This document shows, piece after piece, positions 19,601 through 28,671 of a stretch of 60,105 bases of DNA. The position numbers were made by a program, and so were the translations under genes. Each line of letters opens with the position of its first letter. The first letter of the stretch is position 1. Under the pieces are notes generated by a model that had not been told where the DNA came from, made no database searches, and worked only from the letters and a program-made list of their open reading frames with translations. The stretch is from a virus (Duplodnaviria; Caudoviricetes), in IMG/VR virus record IMGVR_UViG_3300034027_000006, positions 1-60,105 of that record, one strand, 5' to 3'.

Positions 19601-20574
19601 ACATTTGACTGATCATCTGCTATCCCTCCAAGAGCGGTTTTAAAAACATCCATTCTGTCAATGAACACGCCGACATTATCGCTATGTTCAGCCCCGAACA
19701 TTAAGCCGATCGCCTTAGCTCTTTCTTGCGGATCTAGCTTGTCTAACGCATCGCCGAGGGTGAATATGGCTTGTGTACCATTCTCGGCTGTCAGGTTTTG
19801 TAGCTCTTTGCCTGACATTCCGATCATGCCTAGACCTTTTTGAAATCTAGCGCTTTGTATTTCTGCGGTAGTCATTCTAGACAAGAGTGCATTTATTGCG
19901 GTTGCGGCAACTTGTGGAGCCATGCCCAAACTGACAAAGGAAGCACCGAGCGCCGCGCTATCCTTAGCTGTTAGATTAGCCTGTTTTGATAGTGCCGCCG
20001 TCCTCATAATTACGTTTAAAATTTCTTTCTCAGACGCTACCGAAGTGTCGCCGAGTACGTTAATAGCTGCGGCTAATTTTGGGATCTCAGCATTGCTCAT
20101 GCCGTAAATATTTGTAAGCCTGCCGAAAGCTAAACCTGCCGCGTCTGTATCAACAGCGAGAGCGACACTTGCTTTAGATATATCCTTAATGTATTGCGGG
20201 ATCTCTGCCATAGCTACACCGCTCTGACCTGCCGCAACACCGATCTCGGTAAGCTGTTCTGTAGTTAAGGGGATTGTGCGAGATAACTTTTTAATCTCGC
20301 CGCCTAATTCTGCGGTTTTTTCGGCACTTAATCCCGTCGTTTTTCTAACTTCGGCCATTCCCGACTCGAACGAGATCGCAGCGCCCTTGCTGGTTTCTAA
20401 ACCCTTAGCTAATGGTTTTGTAAACTCGCTCGCAGCTTCACCAAGATCGCTTAATGTGTTCGCTGTGTTATTAAGTTTTGCCGCCATTGACTCGCTATTG
20501 TCTAACACGCCTCTAAACGTGTCTGACGCTTCATCTATGGCAGTTATAAGAATAGTTACGTTAGAGTCCGCCAT
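16606..20574 (-). CDS. Tail tape measure protein (TP901-type core)
   Basis: 1322 aa, Ala/Gly-rich; FESGMAEVRKT; C-terminal LP.SPAERGPLSDL. Confidence 0.93.
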   Translation of the reverse strand: MADSNVTILITAIDEASDTFRGVLDNSESMAAKLNNTANTLSDLGEAASEFTKPLAKGLETSKGAAISFESGMAEVRKTTGLSAEKTAELGGEIKKLSRTIPLTTEQLTEIGVAAGQSGVAMAEIPQYIKDISKASVALAVDTDAAGLAFGRLTNIYGMSNAEIPKLAAAINVLGDTSVASEKEILNVIMRTAALSKQANLTAKDSAALGASFVSLGMAPQVAATAINALLSRMTTAEIQSARFQKGLGMIGMSGKELQNLTAENGTQAIFTLGDALDKLDPQERAKAIGLMFGAEHSDNVGVFIDRMDVFKTALGGIADDQSNVNRYNEVFATQLDTTASKMQMLNNSFQELAIEIGMALLPAVKAFAAFLTPIINKMTEFAAKHPNIVRLGSALAGLAISIGPLLFGLATLAKAWGIFSAGIPIISRLSNQFLGVGNPISRFLNWLALGNQRLLGMGKAAEDVKAPEVGKLPKVKETLPICIEPIICDGFEDKLKALAAKIDYCIPVCICPEICEGGKLPTKEKENDKNPATQADRALPKEIAKPKETATTIAPLEVPAVAPVTTGEDEKKPEQKGLSIPQIAMLIAALGATVFAIQKLTDSNAGLGEKVISAATAIGAGLAAKDILTSQKTPQEEATELGAIQQQNEQQIAATQQANADKLNQTRLAGAEALAAVTQANQAAEIATADKIAAGKLAAQQASNQLAAQAAQAQIAAQQASAAIEVEKTRQVTAQQVAAAATTAAIAAATKTQTAVTGVAESQAIAATQLKSDNDRRAAAAAAAEQAAAAEAAQREKDLQAAAAAKAEADRNFTPVEDSAPAQPAAQKSGGGLGGLLKNAAMLGAGAIGLGGVAFAVSKVAGGLGGAVGGLLNATKSVAGAVGQVAGGVGKVAGGVGTVIDKGNQVARGVGGVAGGAIGTGIRGFQAANSVAKGVGEVAGTSIGGTIKSIGAIGQTAKDSGAAIGQAMGSAIKGTQSLGAAANSAGSGIMGSFGKAANTISGSVARVGSVANGAAANTATAWSKVQKAANVTGTAMRGATGAISNVLAPGNTGTVGIGSTFTKSISGIAGTAKNALSGAIGEASKLAASPAGKLAVPVATSLAGTVGAAALAGQNQAPTATPTPAPAALPQNQITPFKRRALTVEPPSVALPAETPSPAADIATSAKNNIVPLVRSSNASGRAIGEGLAKGIDASKPQAELAAAGLAQSVSSYLPRSPAERGPLSDLDKTGFGLTQEFIKGIDGSAIQSKFEEVLNPPSKLADLSMKASEGSQGGSNSAVYSPTYNVSGQPENLIAELEKHDRSFMDWLERTQDRFSRGRY

Positions 20575-20640
20575 AGTGGTTAAAATGCGATATTATGACA
20601 ATATCTAAGGGTTTTTAGCCAGACTCAAGGATCTCTGAGA

Positions 20641-20675
20641 AAGTAGCCCGCTAACCACTTGCGCGGGCTACTTTT
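20641..20675. terminator. Hairpin terminator
   Basis: AAGTAGCCCGC...GCGGGCTACTTTT. Confidence 0.65.
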
Positions 20676-20820
20676 ATTTTTGACGTTTTTTCGTCTCGGC
20701 TTCTTGCTCCATCAATTCGACAACTTCGGCGATCCATAGTTGGAACTCTTCGCACGACATATACTTTATGTCGCTGTAAGTCCAGCCCGTGTATTTCGTA
20801 TAGCAAACGATGTCTTTTTT
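20674..20820 (-). CDS. -1 frameshift extension of the tail assembly chaperone (G-T / E-E' type)
   Basis: In-frame slippery A AAA AAG at 20820-20814; the -1 frame reads DIVCYTKYTGWTYSDIKYMSCEEFQLWIAEVVELMEQEAETKKRQK* with the typical GW..S.I..M...E...W motif. Confidence 0.85.
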   Translation of the reverse strand, partial: KKDIVCYTKYTGWTYSDIKYMSCEEFQLWIAEVVELMEQEAETKKRQK

Positions 20821-21473
20821 CGTTGGAATGAGGCGAGCAAAAAATTAACCTTTGCCGCCAGTAACACAGTTATAGCAAAGTCTAGTTTTGTCTTGAAATC
20901 TTCCTCGCTGATTCGCTCGTCGTTAATAGTCATTCTTTCAGTTATTAGCCAGCGAGTTAATTTTACGCCTGTCGGATCATCTCGGCTAATTGTTTGCAGT
21001 TTGACGCCTTTCTCTACCGATAGCTTTTGCACTCTAAAACGCAAAGCCCGCTCGGTTATTTCAAAGTAATTGCTTGTTTTCAAGTCTTCATTGCCATCCA
21101 AAAAGTTAACTTTATAGCTAACTGACATAACATCGGCTATTCTAAAAGCTAATTCCTCACCCTCTAAGCAAGCAATATCTTCTAGCCCCAAAGGTCGCCT
21201 TGATGCGTCTGGTAATTCTACTTCATAGATTTGACATAATAACCAGACTTGAGCATTGTAAATAGCTCGGATCTCCCCTTCTTTATCTAGTGCATCGGCA
21301 ACACCTTTGTTAAGGATATCTTGATAGTCAAAATACGTTTTTCCTGGTACAAACTCCTTTAAGACGGCCTCGCCTATAAGCTCATCTTCTAGGTTGTCTA
21401 TCTCTGGAACCACGGGCAAGGCTTCATCGGCTGGATTGAGTGAGAGTATAGCTGATTCTGTTTTTCTTGTCAT
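20766..21473 (-). CDS. Tail assembly chaperone
   Basis: Lies between tube and tape measure genes; carries the slippery site. Confidence 0.75.
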   Translation of the reverse strand: MTRKTESAILSLNPADEALPVVPEIDNLEDELIGEAVLKEFVPGKTYFDYQDILNKGVADALDKEGEIRAIYNAQVWLLCQIYEVELPDASRRPLGLEDIACLEGEELAFRIADVMSVSYKVNFLDGNEDLKTSNYFEITERALRFRVQKLSVEKGVKLQTISRDDPTGVKLTRWLITERMTINDERISEEDFKTKLDFAITVLLAAKVNFLLASFQRKKTSFAIRNTRAGLTAT

Positions 21474-21474
21474 G

Positions 21475-21981
21475 TTATCCGACTAGGTTGTAATTGTTGG
21501 ATCTGCCTTTTGCCTTAATTGACATATTCTCAACTGAAAAAGTGTAATCAGTTGATTGAGCGTTACCCGCTTCTAGATTGAATACGTCCCCACTAATGAA
21601 TCGCCCAAAGGTTATAACTTGAACGTCTTCTCGCTTTGCCGATCCCTGTTCTTCGAGTATTCCTCTTATCAGGAAAGTTACAGGTTTCGAGTAGATGCGA
21701 TCATTCTCGTCGCGCCCAATAATTGCGTCTAAGAAGTCCAGCGACCAATTATTAATGGTCATTTCCATATCGATCGGCTCTGTACCCATAACCTGAGTGT
21801 AAGAGCCATTTGTACCGAGGAATTCTACCTCATCCGTTTTCATTTCTAACGGTATTTTAACGCTCGCAGCATAGAGCGGTGTCCCCATCTGCGAAGCATT
21901 TTCTAAATTCCCCTCGGCAGGGTTAACGCTTGCAGGATTTACCAAAAAGATCTCGGCTCGTGCTATGTAAGTGCGTGGCAT
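21475..21981 (-). CDS. Tail tube protein
   Basis: 168 aa, beta-rich, directly after the sheath gene. Confidence 0.75.
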   Translation of the reverse strand: MPRTYIARAEIFLVNPASVNPAEGNLENASQMGTPLYAASVKIPLEMKTDEVEFLGTNGSYTQVMGTEPIDMEMTINNWSLDFLDAIIGRDENDRIYSKPVTFLIRGILEEQGSAKREDVQVITFGRFISGDVFNLEAGNAQSTDYTFSVENMSIKAKGRSNNYNLVG

Positions 21982-21990
21982 CTTGTCTCC

Positions 21991-23370
21991 TTAAAGTGCA
22001 AATACTAAATCGACCGAGATAACGTCTAAAACGTCGGGGATTTTGACCTCTAACCGAAAAGCGAGTTTTCTGTTAGGCAAGTCAGAAGCGAGCGGCATAT
22101 ATTCAATTTTGCCGCTGTCTACGCCTTCATTCTCTCCAATTATTCGAGAGATAGAAGCCTCGATCACTGCCACAGCAGAACCCCAAGCCATGCCTAAACG
22201 CATCCCGACATAGCTTGCTAACTCTAGATCGACTTGATCTTTGATTGCGTCTACGATCCGCAAAAAATGAATCCTATCGAGTCCTTTTTCGGCTGGATTC
22301 TCGATAGGATAGGCGGCATTAAAATGCCCCCAAAATACAGGAGTTCGGCCGTTTCTGTTTCTGTAACTAACAATGCCATTATCGGCAAGTTTCTGATTGT
22401 CGGCTAGAGGGTCACTAGCCGAAGTTAATAGCGAGGTTTTCCAGCCTGTAACGCCTTTTATTTCTAGGTTTGTTAAAGATCTCCAGTTTGGGTTAGTAGC
22501 CATCGCCTCGGCTACGTGAATAGAAAACCATTCCTCTTTGGCTTCCGATCCTATCCCGGTAATCGGGTTAGGATAACATAATATTGCTCGCTTGTCTCGT
22601 GTGGCAAAATGTGCCACGGGCGCAGCTCCTGCCGTGCGTCCTGCTTGAACTTCGGCGATCGTAGCCGTCGCTGGTGCATCTAGAACATATTCTGCCCGCA
22701 AGCGATCGCTAAGTGTGGAAAGTTTCGCGATCACTGTTGGCAGCGTACTAAAACCAGGGGCGATAATTATGCCAATGTTGCTCGGCGATAAATCAACAAA
22801 TTCAGCATCGATTAGGGCTTCTAGCCCTTCGCGTTTGCCTGTCCCCGCGTTTACCCCGCCGACGATTTGTGTCGCTGTTACCGCAGCAAAATCAGGGCGA
22901 CTATAACCAGCGAGGACAGTTGCCCCAGCCGGAATCGCTGACCCTTTACGCTGTATAATTCCGCGAACTAAATCGACAGTGTAGTCAGTGTCTAACACAT
23001 AAACAGGCGTACCGCCGACCGCTGTTACCACTGGTGTAGCGATGTGCCTGTGTGGTAGTTGGATCTTGTCTTGATTGTTAAAGGTGTAAGAGGTCGGAGC
23101 GACCGCCACCACTGCCGGGGCCGCGACGTTTACAACTACAAATCTGATTTGCCCATAACTAGAATAGGCACGAGCTAAAGCGTTCGGGATAGTTGCCCCA
23201 GCAGTATTGTAGCCAAAACGAGCGATCGCCTCGGCCATTGACGTTATCAAAAAAGGCACGTTAGGCGTACCGATCGCAGCAGTGCCGACTATCCCTATCA
23301 CGGTGCTGCTTTCGCCCGTGGCTAGTACCTGAGAACCTTCTGTGAACTGTAAGCCGATAGTTACTGGCAT
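21991..23370 (-). CDS. Contractile tail sheath protein
   Basis: STVIGIVGTA, IIIAPGFS, NQKL..NGIV, FWG motifs. Confidence 0.92.
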   Translation of the reverse strand: MPVTIGLQFTEGSQVLATGESSTVIGIVGTAAIGTPNVPFLITSMAEAIARFGYNTAGATIPNALARAYSSYGQIRFVVVNVAAPAVVAVAPTSYTFNNQDKIQLPHRHIATPVVTAVGGTPVYVLDTDYTVDLVRGIIQRKGSAIPAGATVLAGYSRPDFAAVTATQIVGGVNAGTGKREGLEALIDAEFVDLSPSNIGIIIAPGFSTLPTVIAKLSTLSDRLRAEYVLDAPATATIAEVQAGRTAGAAPVAHFATRDKRAILCYPNPITGIGSEAKEEWFSIHVAEAMATNPNWRSLTNLEIKGVTGWKTSLLTSASDPLADNQKLADNGIVSYRNRNGRTPVFWGHFNAAYPIENPAEKGLDRIHFLRIVDAIKDQVDLELASYVGMRLGMAWGSAVAVIEASISRIIGENEGVDSGKIEYMPLASDLPNRKLAFRLEVKIPDVLDVISVDLVFAL

Positions 23371-23373
23371 TTA

Positions 23374-23610
23374 TTAAACCTCTGGTGTTGGTGCGGGTGC
23401 AGGTGCAGGTGCGGGCGCTGGTGCAGGTGCGGGCGCTGGTGCAGGTGGTTTTGACACCGCTTTTAATAACCCGTTTTGTATCATGCGAGCAACATAGGGA
23501 AACTCGACAAGGTTGTCGGGTAATTCTACTTCAGTCTGTGGATTAAAGTAATAATTTTTGTTGTCAAAAGCAATGCAATCGGTCATCTCTCCGACGTATC
23601 TGTACAGCAT
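23374..23610 (-). CDS. Small virion-associated protein with (PA)n tail
   Basis: Just upstream of sheath; PAPAPA repeat. Confidence 0.65.
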   Translation of the reverse strand: MLYRYVGEMTDCIAFDNKNYYFNPQTEVELPDNLVEFPYVARMIQNGLLKAVSKPPAPAPAPAPAPAPAPAPAPTPEV

Positions 23611-23614
23611 TTTG

Positions 23615-24151
23615 TTACCTCAAAAACGGCTCGAAAGTTGATAAATCAGTCTGAGTTTGTTTTACCTCTGCAACGGCTAAGATCGGCGTTGGTTCTCTGT
23701 GGTAATCAAGATAATCAGAAAATGAAAAAGTGATTACCTTTTCCCATTCCCCCTCCTCTGGCGCTGAAAGTCTGCCATTTTTCAAGAATATTTCAGTCGC
23801 TGCCGTAGGAAGTAAAACGCCAAGTAATAGCCTGATCACCTCTTCCTCAACCCAGTCTACAGCCGCCGCTCGTGAGGCTGGATCGAGCGGCGGTTGTGGT
23901 TCATCCTCATAACGCTTAGCTAGTCGAATGTAAACAGATAGGTCAATTTCTCGCTCTTGACCGCTGGTTGTAACCTTTTTACCTCGGTAGCTGTGGCCGA
24001 CCAATACTCGCAAACTACCGGGGTATTTTTGGGTAAATTTACCAGCCTCTTTTGGTAAGGTTGCGATCGGAATATTGCCAGCCGCTAGCCGATCGCGTAG
24101 CGGTTGCAAGTGGGTAGATATTTCTACCTCATACTGCGAGAATTTGCCCAT
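23615..24151 (-). CDS. Tail terminator / completion protein (Mu Gp37-like)
   Basis: Synteny between the morphogenesis gene and sheath; size. Confidence 0.6.
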   Translation of the reverse strand: MGKFSQYEVEISTHLQPLRDRLAAGNIPIATLPKEAGKFTQKYPGSLRVLVGHSYRGKKVTTSGQEREIDLSVYIRLAKRYEDEPQPPLDPASRAAAVDWVEEEVIRLLLGVLLPTAATEIFLKNGRLSAPEEGEWEKVITFSFSDYLDYHREPTPILAVAEVKQTQTDLSTFEPFLR

Positions 24152-24152
24152 C

Positions 24153-24581
24153 TTATCGACTCCCCTTTACATAGCCACGAACTAGACCCGCTATCTCGTT
24201 TTTATCCTCTGGGTTAAGCCCTAAGATTCGGCGTTCTGGCATTGGTAAAACACCCTCGTTATGCACCTCGAAAACTGGGGAAGTAGATCCAACCTCTAAA
24301 GTTTTCCCGTTCACGACAAAAGTAAAACTATCACGCAAAGCGCCAGTTTTTACAAGTATGCTGCCACCTTCTTTCTGTTTTAAGGTTGTTGGGTGTAACT
24401 CTTGCCACGGATCGCCGTCTGGGTCTGTTTCTGTCGCAAACTGTCGCTCGACTTTTGCCTCTATTAAATTGCCAGCCGCCGTCAAAGGTGCGCGTAGATC
24501 TCGCAGGCGATCGGTAACTTTTCCGGTGTAGCGTTTAAGGTCGCTATTGTCTACTTTGAAGGCAAGTTTAGACTTAGACAT
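24153..24581 (-). CDS. Virion morphogenesis protein (Mu gpG / P2 gpS-like)
   Basis: F.TETDPDG.PW..L...T, IL..TG.LRDS, H..G...MP.R..LGL. Confidence 0.9.
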   Translation of the reverse strand: MSKSKLAFKVDNSDLKRYTGKVTDRLRDLRAPLTAAGNLIEAKVERQFATETDPDGDPWQELHPTTLKQKEGGSILVKTGALRDSFTFVVNGKTLEVGSTSPVFEVHNEGVLPMPERRILGLNPEDKNEIAGLVRGYVKGSR

Positions 24582-25029
24582 TGTATGTATTGCCTATTGT
24601 TTCTAATTGAATCACTCTACCTAGCTGGCGATTGTAAGGTTCTAAAAAGCTTCTAGCAATCGATACCAATCTGACTCTACTTGTCACGCCGTTTATGGTA
24701 GCTTCGCCCATAATTTCGCCTTCAGATACAGAGATTTGAGTCTGTATGTCACTAGGGAATTCTAGCGGCTCAATTATGTTGCCTTCGTATACGTCATAAC
24801 TAGAGACTCGATCGAGTCGCTGCATAACTTTATTGATTCGGGGCTTTTTGTAAAGCACCGCTTTTATAGTCACCAGTGTTACGGGATAGATTGGATTGCC
24901 TCGGCTATCTGTGCCAGTCTTCGGCCCGTTAATCTGAAGTACGATCAAGCTATGATTAAAAATCTTCGGGTCATAGTAGCCCGGAATAGAATTTTTAGTC
25001 TTTTTAATCAAGCGATCGAGGTAAGTCAT
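24574..25029 (-). CDS. Probable head closure / head-tail joining protein
   Basis: Synteny; D.RGNPIY motif. Confidence 0.5.
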   Translation of the reverse strand: MTYLDRLIKKTKNSIPGYYDPKIFNHSLIVLQINGPKTGTDSRGNPIYPVTLVTIKAVLYKKPRINKVMQRLDRVSSYDVYEGNIIEPLEFPSDIQTQISVSEGEIMGEATINGVTSRVRLVSIARSFLEPYNRQLGRVIQLETIGNTYNV

Positions 25030-25438
25030 GCCAGTTACGTTTACATTGTTTAAAACTAAATACGTTGATTTTGTCGATTTGCCAGAGTCACAGTTTAATG
25101 CGTTTTTACCTGATGCTATTGCAGAGGTTAATCGCTACAAATGGGAATTGTTAGGCGCAGGTTTTCAGGTTTTCAAAGACAAAGCTATCGAAAGTTTAAT
25201 CGCTTGCCAATTGTCTAGACTTAACCCCGAATACCTAGGATCTGCTGGTTTAGCCGAGTTTGAAGTTAGAGAGGCTGGGTTTAAAATTAAATACCTGTCT
25301 AACTCTGGAGGCTCTAAAAATAATCCGTTCTGTGATGAATATCAGCGGCTACTTTCAGAAGTTCAAACGCTCGATCCATCTATGTTAACTTTGCCCGCTT
25401 GCACTACTGGGATAAGAAATAAAACCGTCTGGGATTGA
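25028..25438 (+). CDS. Head-tail adaptor-like protein (DUF4054-like)
   Basis: F...Y.DF..LP......FL.DA..EV...W and NPF..EYQRL motifs. Confidence 0.6.
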   Translation: MPVTFTLFKTKYVDFVDLPESQFNAFLPDAIAEVNRYKWELLGAGFQVFKDKAIESLIACQLSRLNPEYLGSAGLAEFEVREAGFKIKYLSNSGGSKNNPFCDEYQRLLSEVQTLDPSMLTLPACTTGIRNKTVWD

Positions 25439-25439
25439 G

Positions 25440-25619
25440 CTATTTTGAACCTTTCGGCGGTGGTGGCGGTGGTGGCGGCGGCGGTGGCTCGGCTTCAACC
25501 TCTGGCACTGCCACGCCTTCGGGTAACGCCGCCGCAGTATCAGGATCTATCTCTACAACACTACCCTCGGGATAATAGACACCACTAAGGCTAAACCCCA
25601 TTAGAAAGCGATATTTCAC
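25440..25619 (-). CDS. Small capsid-associated protein with poly-proline tail (not in ORF track)
   Basis: GTG start with AGGGAGG RBS; MKYRFLMGFSLSGVYYPEGSVVEID... ending in a proline run then KGSK*. Confidence 0.7.
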   Translation of the reverse strand: MKYRFLMGFSLSGVYYPEGSVVEIDPDTAAALPEGVAVPEVEAEPPPPPPPPPPPKGSK

Positions 25620-25679
25620 AATCGGAACCCTCCCTGCTAAATTTGATAAACGCTTTACACAAATGGCGTTAATTGTTCG

Positions 25680-26861
25680 TTACGCTGTCGGCTTAGGCAC
25701 TCTTAAAATGCTGATCGGATTGCCAAACGCAAGCAATCTAGCATCAACAACAGGCAACCCCTTAGCAACAACTTCGGCATATATTGACGGGGGGTATTTT
25801 TCATCATGTAAAATGACTTTTGCTACCTTGCCAAATTCTGTTTGCCCTTCGGGTCTACCTAGTGCATAACGTCCGATGGTGTTAGGTAACGTTAAAATGC
25901 CATTGTCTCGACCAAGATCGATTTGAGCTTCTATCGTTGTCGAAGCTAGTAAAATAACTGGATCGAATGTAGCACGATCGAGATAACCGACAGAGGTTAA
26001 AACTTTAGCGTTAGACGGGTTTCTGTATTTAAAAACGCCGTCGTAAGTTTCCCAAGTTGGTAATTCGTGCGCTCGCAATAATGCGTCAATATCTGCCTGT
26101 GTAGTCGATCTAGTTGCTCCATCGGGCAAAGCGTTTCTACGGACTTTACCATTCCGCATAAATACGCTGCGGATCGTACTGCGGCTAATAATTCGATTGA
26201 GTGTAAACCCATTATCAGCAAGCCGTTGCTTAGCTGCTAACAAGTCCTCTAGGGCATCGGCGGCGGTTACAGGGTCGCGGCTATACCAGCCGGCCGGCGC
26301 TGCGAGTGTACCGCTTGCTGCTACTACTGTGGTATGTCCAGCCGGGAAGGGATAGGCAACATCTTCGGTGTATCCATTAGCCCCGCGACGTTTTACAACA
26401 CCGTCTATAATAGCCTGCCATCTTTGATGTTCGATAACTTTAGCCAAACTCGCAGAGACACCCCGATCAAACCAGGTATTTATGATGCCAGCACTCGATC
26501 CGACTGGATCGGTAGACGGCCGAGCTTTGCTCAAATATTGGATTATCGCCTCGATATCCCGTCCGACTAATTGCGTCGCCGCGTCAATTTTTCCCAACCT
26601 GTAATCAAAGCTAAAGTCGCCGAAAGCTTTGCTAAGTTGAGCAGGCGAATAATCAGCACCAGAATTGCCGATTTCGCCTTCTATAGCCATGCCATCATCA
26701 GACGAACTGTTTTCGGTTTCTTGCACTTCTGGCATGATAGTAGCACCGAGCAATCGGTCATTAACTGTGCCAAATTGTGTCAAGTTGCTATTAGCTAAAC
26801 TCGAAAATTGCCCGGTGTCCCTCATCCATGAGACTAGATCGCCTAGGTTTCTAACGTTCAT
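25680..26861 (-). CDS. Major capsid protein (HK97 fold, lambda E-like)
   Basis: 393 aa; E.QRWQAI..G.V; follows decoration and scaffold genes. Confidence 0.8.
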   Translation of the reverse strand: MNVRNLGDLVSWMRDTGQFSSLANSNLTQFGTVNDRLLGATIMPEVQETENSSSDDGMAIEGEIGNSGADYSPAQLSKAFGDFSFDYRLGKIDAATQLVGRDIEAIIQYLSKARPSTDPVGSSAGIINTWFDRGVSASLAKVIEHQRWQAIIDGVVKRRGANGYTEDVAYPFPAGHTTVVAASGTLAAPAGWYSRDPVTAADALEDLLAAKQRLADNGFTLNRIISRSTIRSVFMRNGKVRRNALPDGATRSTTQADIDALLRAHELPTWETYDGVFKYRNPSNAKVLTSVGYLDRATFDPVILLASTTIEAQIDLGRDNGILTLPNTIGRYALGRPEGQTEFGKVAKVILHDEKYPPSIYAEVVAKGLPVVDARLLAFGNPISILRVPKPTA

Positions 26862-27301
26862 AATGCAACCTTCCTAGATACGATCATCTGATATTTGGCT
26901 CTGACTAGCACTTTTTGAGCGACTGTCAGGGCTTGATAGGAAGCGGGGAGCCGATCCTCATAAAGCATGGTTTGCCACCTCAGAGCGTTGCAAGCTCGCT
27001 CGCCAGTGGCTTTTTTGTCTATACCTGCCAAGTCATCAACAGCAAAAGGCACGATATAGAATTCCTCTAAAGCTTCAGCCGAGGCAGTAGTCCAGAGTTT
27101 AAAGCCCTGTGTGGTTTGGTTTGCCCATAACCTATTGATAATTGCGCCTGCCTCGATCGAGTGCTTACCATCTACCGGGGTAATAGAGGTTAAATCAAGC
27201 GGCACACCGGCCGGCACAAGGTGATCGAATCCTGATCCGATAGACTCGGCTAAAAATTCGATTGAAAAACTGGGAAGCGTTACTGCTGAAATCTTTGCCA
27301 T
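26858..27301 (-). CDS. Probable head decoration protein (start revised to ATG 27301)
   Basis: Stop overlaps the capsid start; the longer ORF-track start lies inside a terminator hairpin. Confidence 0.6.
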   Translation of the reverse strand: MAKISAVTLPSFSIEFLAESIGSGFDHLVPAGVPLDLTSITPVDGKHSIEAGAIINRLWANQTTQGFKLWTTASAEALEEFYIVPFAVDDLAGIDKKATGERACNALRWQTMLYEDRLPASYQALTVAQKVLVRAKYQMIVSRKVAL

Positions 27302-27437
27302 ATAGGGGCCATAAGGATCGATTGTGGTGTTTGAGCGCTTGCTCTGTCCTTTTGGCCTCTCGCCTATCCAGTCACTAGCTGGCACGTTCTGCGATCTCAA
27401 GTCTCGGACTTTGTGCAGACTTTTAAAGCCTAACACC

Positions 27438-27473
27438 AAAAAACCCGTGAGTGTCAAGTCTCACGGGTTTTTT
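27438..27473. terminator. Bidirectional intrinsic terminator
   Basis: AAAAAACCCGTGAG...CTCACGGGTTTTTT. Confidence 0.85.
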
Positions 27474-27485
27474 GTTGATCTGCTT

Positions 27486-27998
27486 TTAGGGTATGTTATC
27501 CTGCTCATCTTGTCCTGTAATGTCGTCAATGTTTACCGCTACTGTTGGAATTGTGCCGCGAGTCCTACTTCTATGCTCTAACTGTTCCCGAAAATTCTCA
27601 AAGGTGATAAAAGAATATTTAAAAACAAAGTCTCGCATATCATCCCAAAAATAATAACTCTTGTTAACATCTCCATACAATTCTATAATCAATCTTGCCA
27701 GTGATTCGCCCCGCAAATTATTAAGAATACACCAGTTAATCAAATCTTGACGCCCTGGTGTTTTATCTGCGAAAACGTACAACCCATCGACTATTGAAGC
27801 CCCGATCGGGCTATTAGGCGAAAATCCTAACTGCTCGCGTTTGTTAAAGGGTAATTTTATAGAGGTAAAACATTCTACTATATCCAAAGGTATTTTAGAA
27901 AAAGTTTCGTCAGAGACTAAATAGTCGCGGTTATTCTCGTAATAAATCCCGGCAGTAGTAAAGCATTGAGACAGCTTGATCCTGTAAACTTCTTGCAT
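27486..27998 (-). CDS. Hypothetical protein (AT-rich, flanked by terminators)
   Basis: 170-aa ORF. Confidence 0.6.
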   Translation of the reverse strand: MQEVYRIKLSQCFTTAGIYYENNRDYLVSDETFSKIPLDIVECFTSIKLPFNKREQLGFSPNSPIGASIVDGLYVFADKTPGRQDLINWCILNNLRGESLARLIIELYGDVNKSYYFWDDMRDFVFKYSFITFENFREQLEHRSRTRGTIPTVAVNIDDITGQDEQDNIP

Positions 27999-28071
27999 TG
28001 GTTCCCTTTTTTTTAGTAAAGCCCGCGAGGTTAAATTCTCGCGGGTGTTTCAATCAGTGAGGACTTTTATT

Positions 28072-28626
28072 CTAGTCGATAGGTTTCATGCCTTTGACGG
28101 CAACCGGAACATTAGATCGAGAAATAGGGCCTAAACATCTATAGCTGCCATCCCAAAGCGGATGTGTAAGGATGCTAACGGCAAACCTGCCGGGATATGC
28201 GGTTCTAACTATCTTCTTGCTAGTCTGTTGCCCTTTTGCGTCTTTTAATGGCCCTATAACTAACCAGGCCTCGCTAGTCGGTCGCGGCTGTACTTTTACC
28301 GACTGTAACTCCAGCCCGTGCGCTCCTTGAACAATCATGATCGAGTCAAAATCTTTAAACTCGCTTAATAGTTTTATATTCTCTAGCGCTCCCTCGTGTA
28401 GCCCGGTGTTGACATGATAGTAGTCACATTCTGGAGCGTGTACATTTGGTATTTTTTCGGCTTCTGGTAGCTTGCGCCAATCGAGCGCGGCTAGTTCTTG
28501 CCAAGGCATAAATCGCCCCCACTGCGAGCCGCTTGGTCGATTTTCAATATCCCGAAGCCATTGCCGATCCGTAACTTCTAGCAGACTAAAAGCGCTGTGA
28601 ATAGATTGCACCTGATCAATACTCAT
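28072..28626 (-). CDS. Hypothetical protein
   Basis: GAGG RBS; two operator half-sites upstream; VRTAYPG motif. Confidence 0.65.
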   Translation of the reverse strand: MSIDQVQSIHSAFSLLEVTDRQWLRDIENRPSGSQWGRFMPWQELAALDWRKLPEAEKIPNVHAPECDYYHVNTGLHEGALENIKLLSEFKDFDSIMIVQGAHGLELQSVKVQPRPTSEAWLVIGPLKDAKGQQTSKKIVRTAYPGRFAVSILTHPLWDGSYRCLGPISRSNVPVAVKGMKPID

Positions 28627-28671
28627 TAGACACCTCGAATGTTATCCCGTTATCTTATCCTAACACGCTCT

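Noticed and set aside
16985-20608. Many + strand ORFs inside the tape measure gene (likewise inside rep, capsid and protelomerase)
   Set aside because: Antisense shadows of long biased-codon genes, with no RBS or motifs.
27302-27457. N-terminal extension of the decoration gene in the ORF track
   Set aside because: It starts within a terminator hairpin and spans a GACTT array; ATG 27301 is more plausible.
28072-28626. EndoU-like toxin suggested by the TAYP motif
   Set aside because: A four-residue match alone is insufficient; other catalytic motifs were not recognisable.
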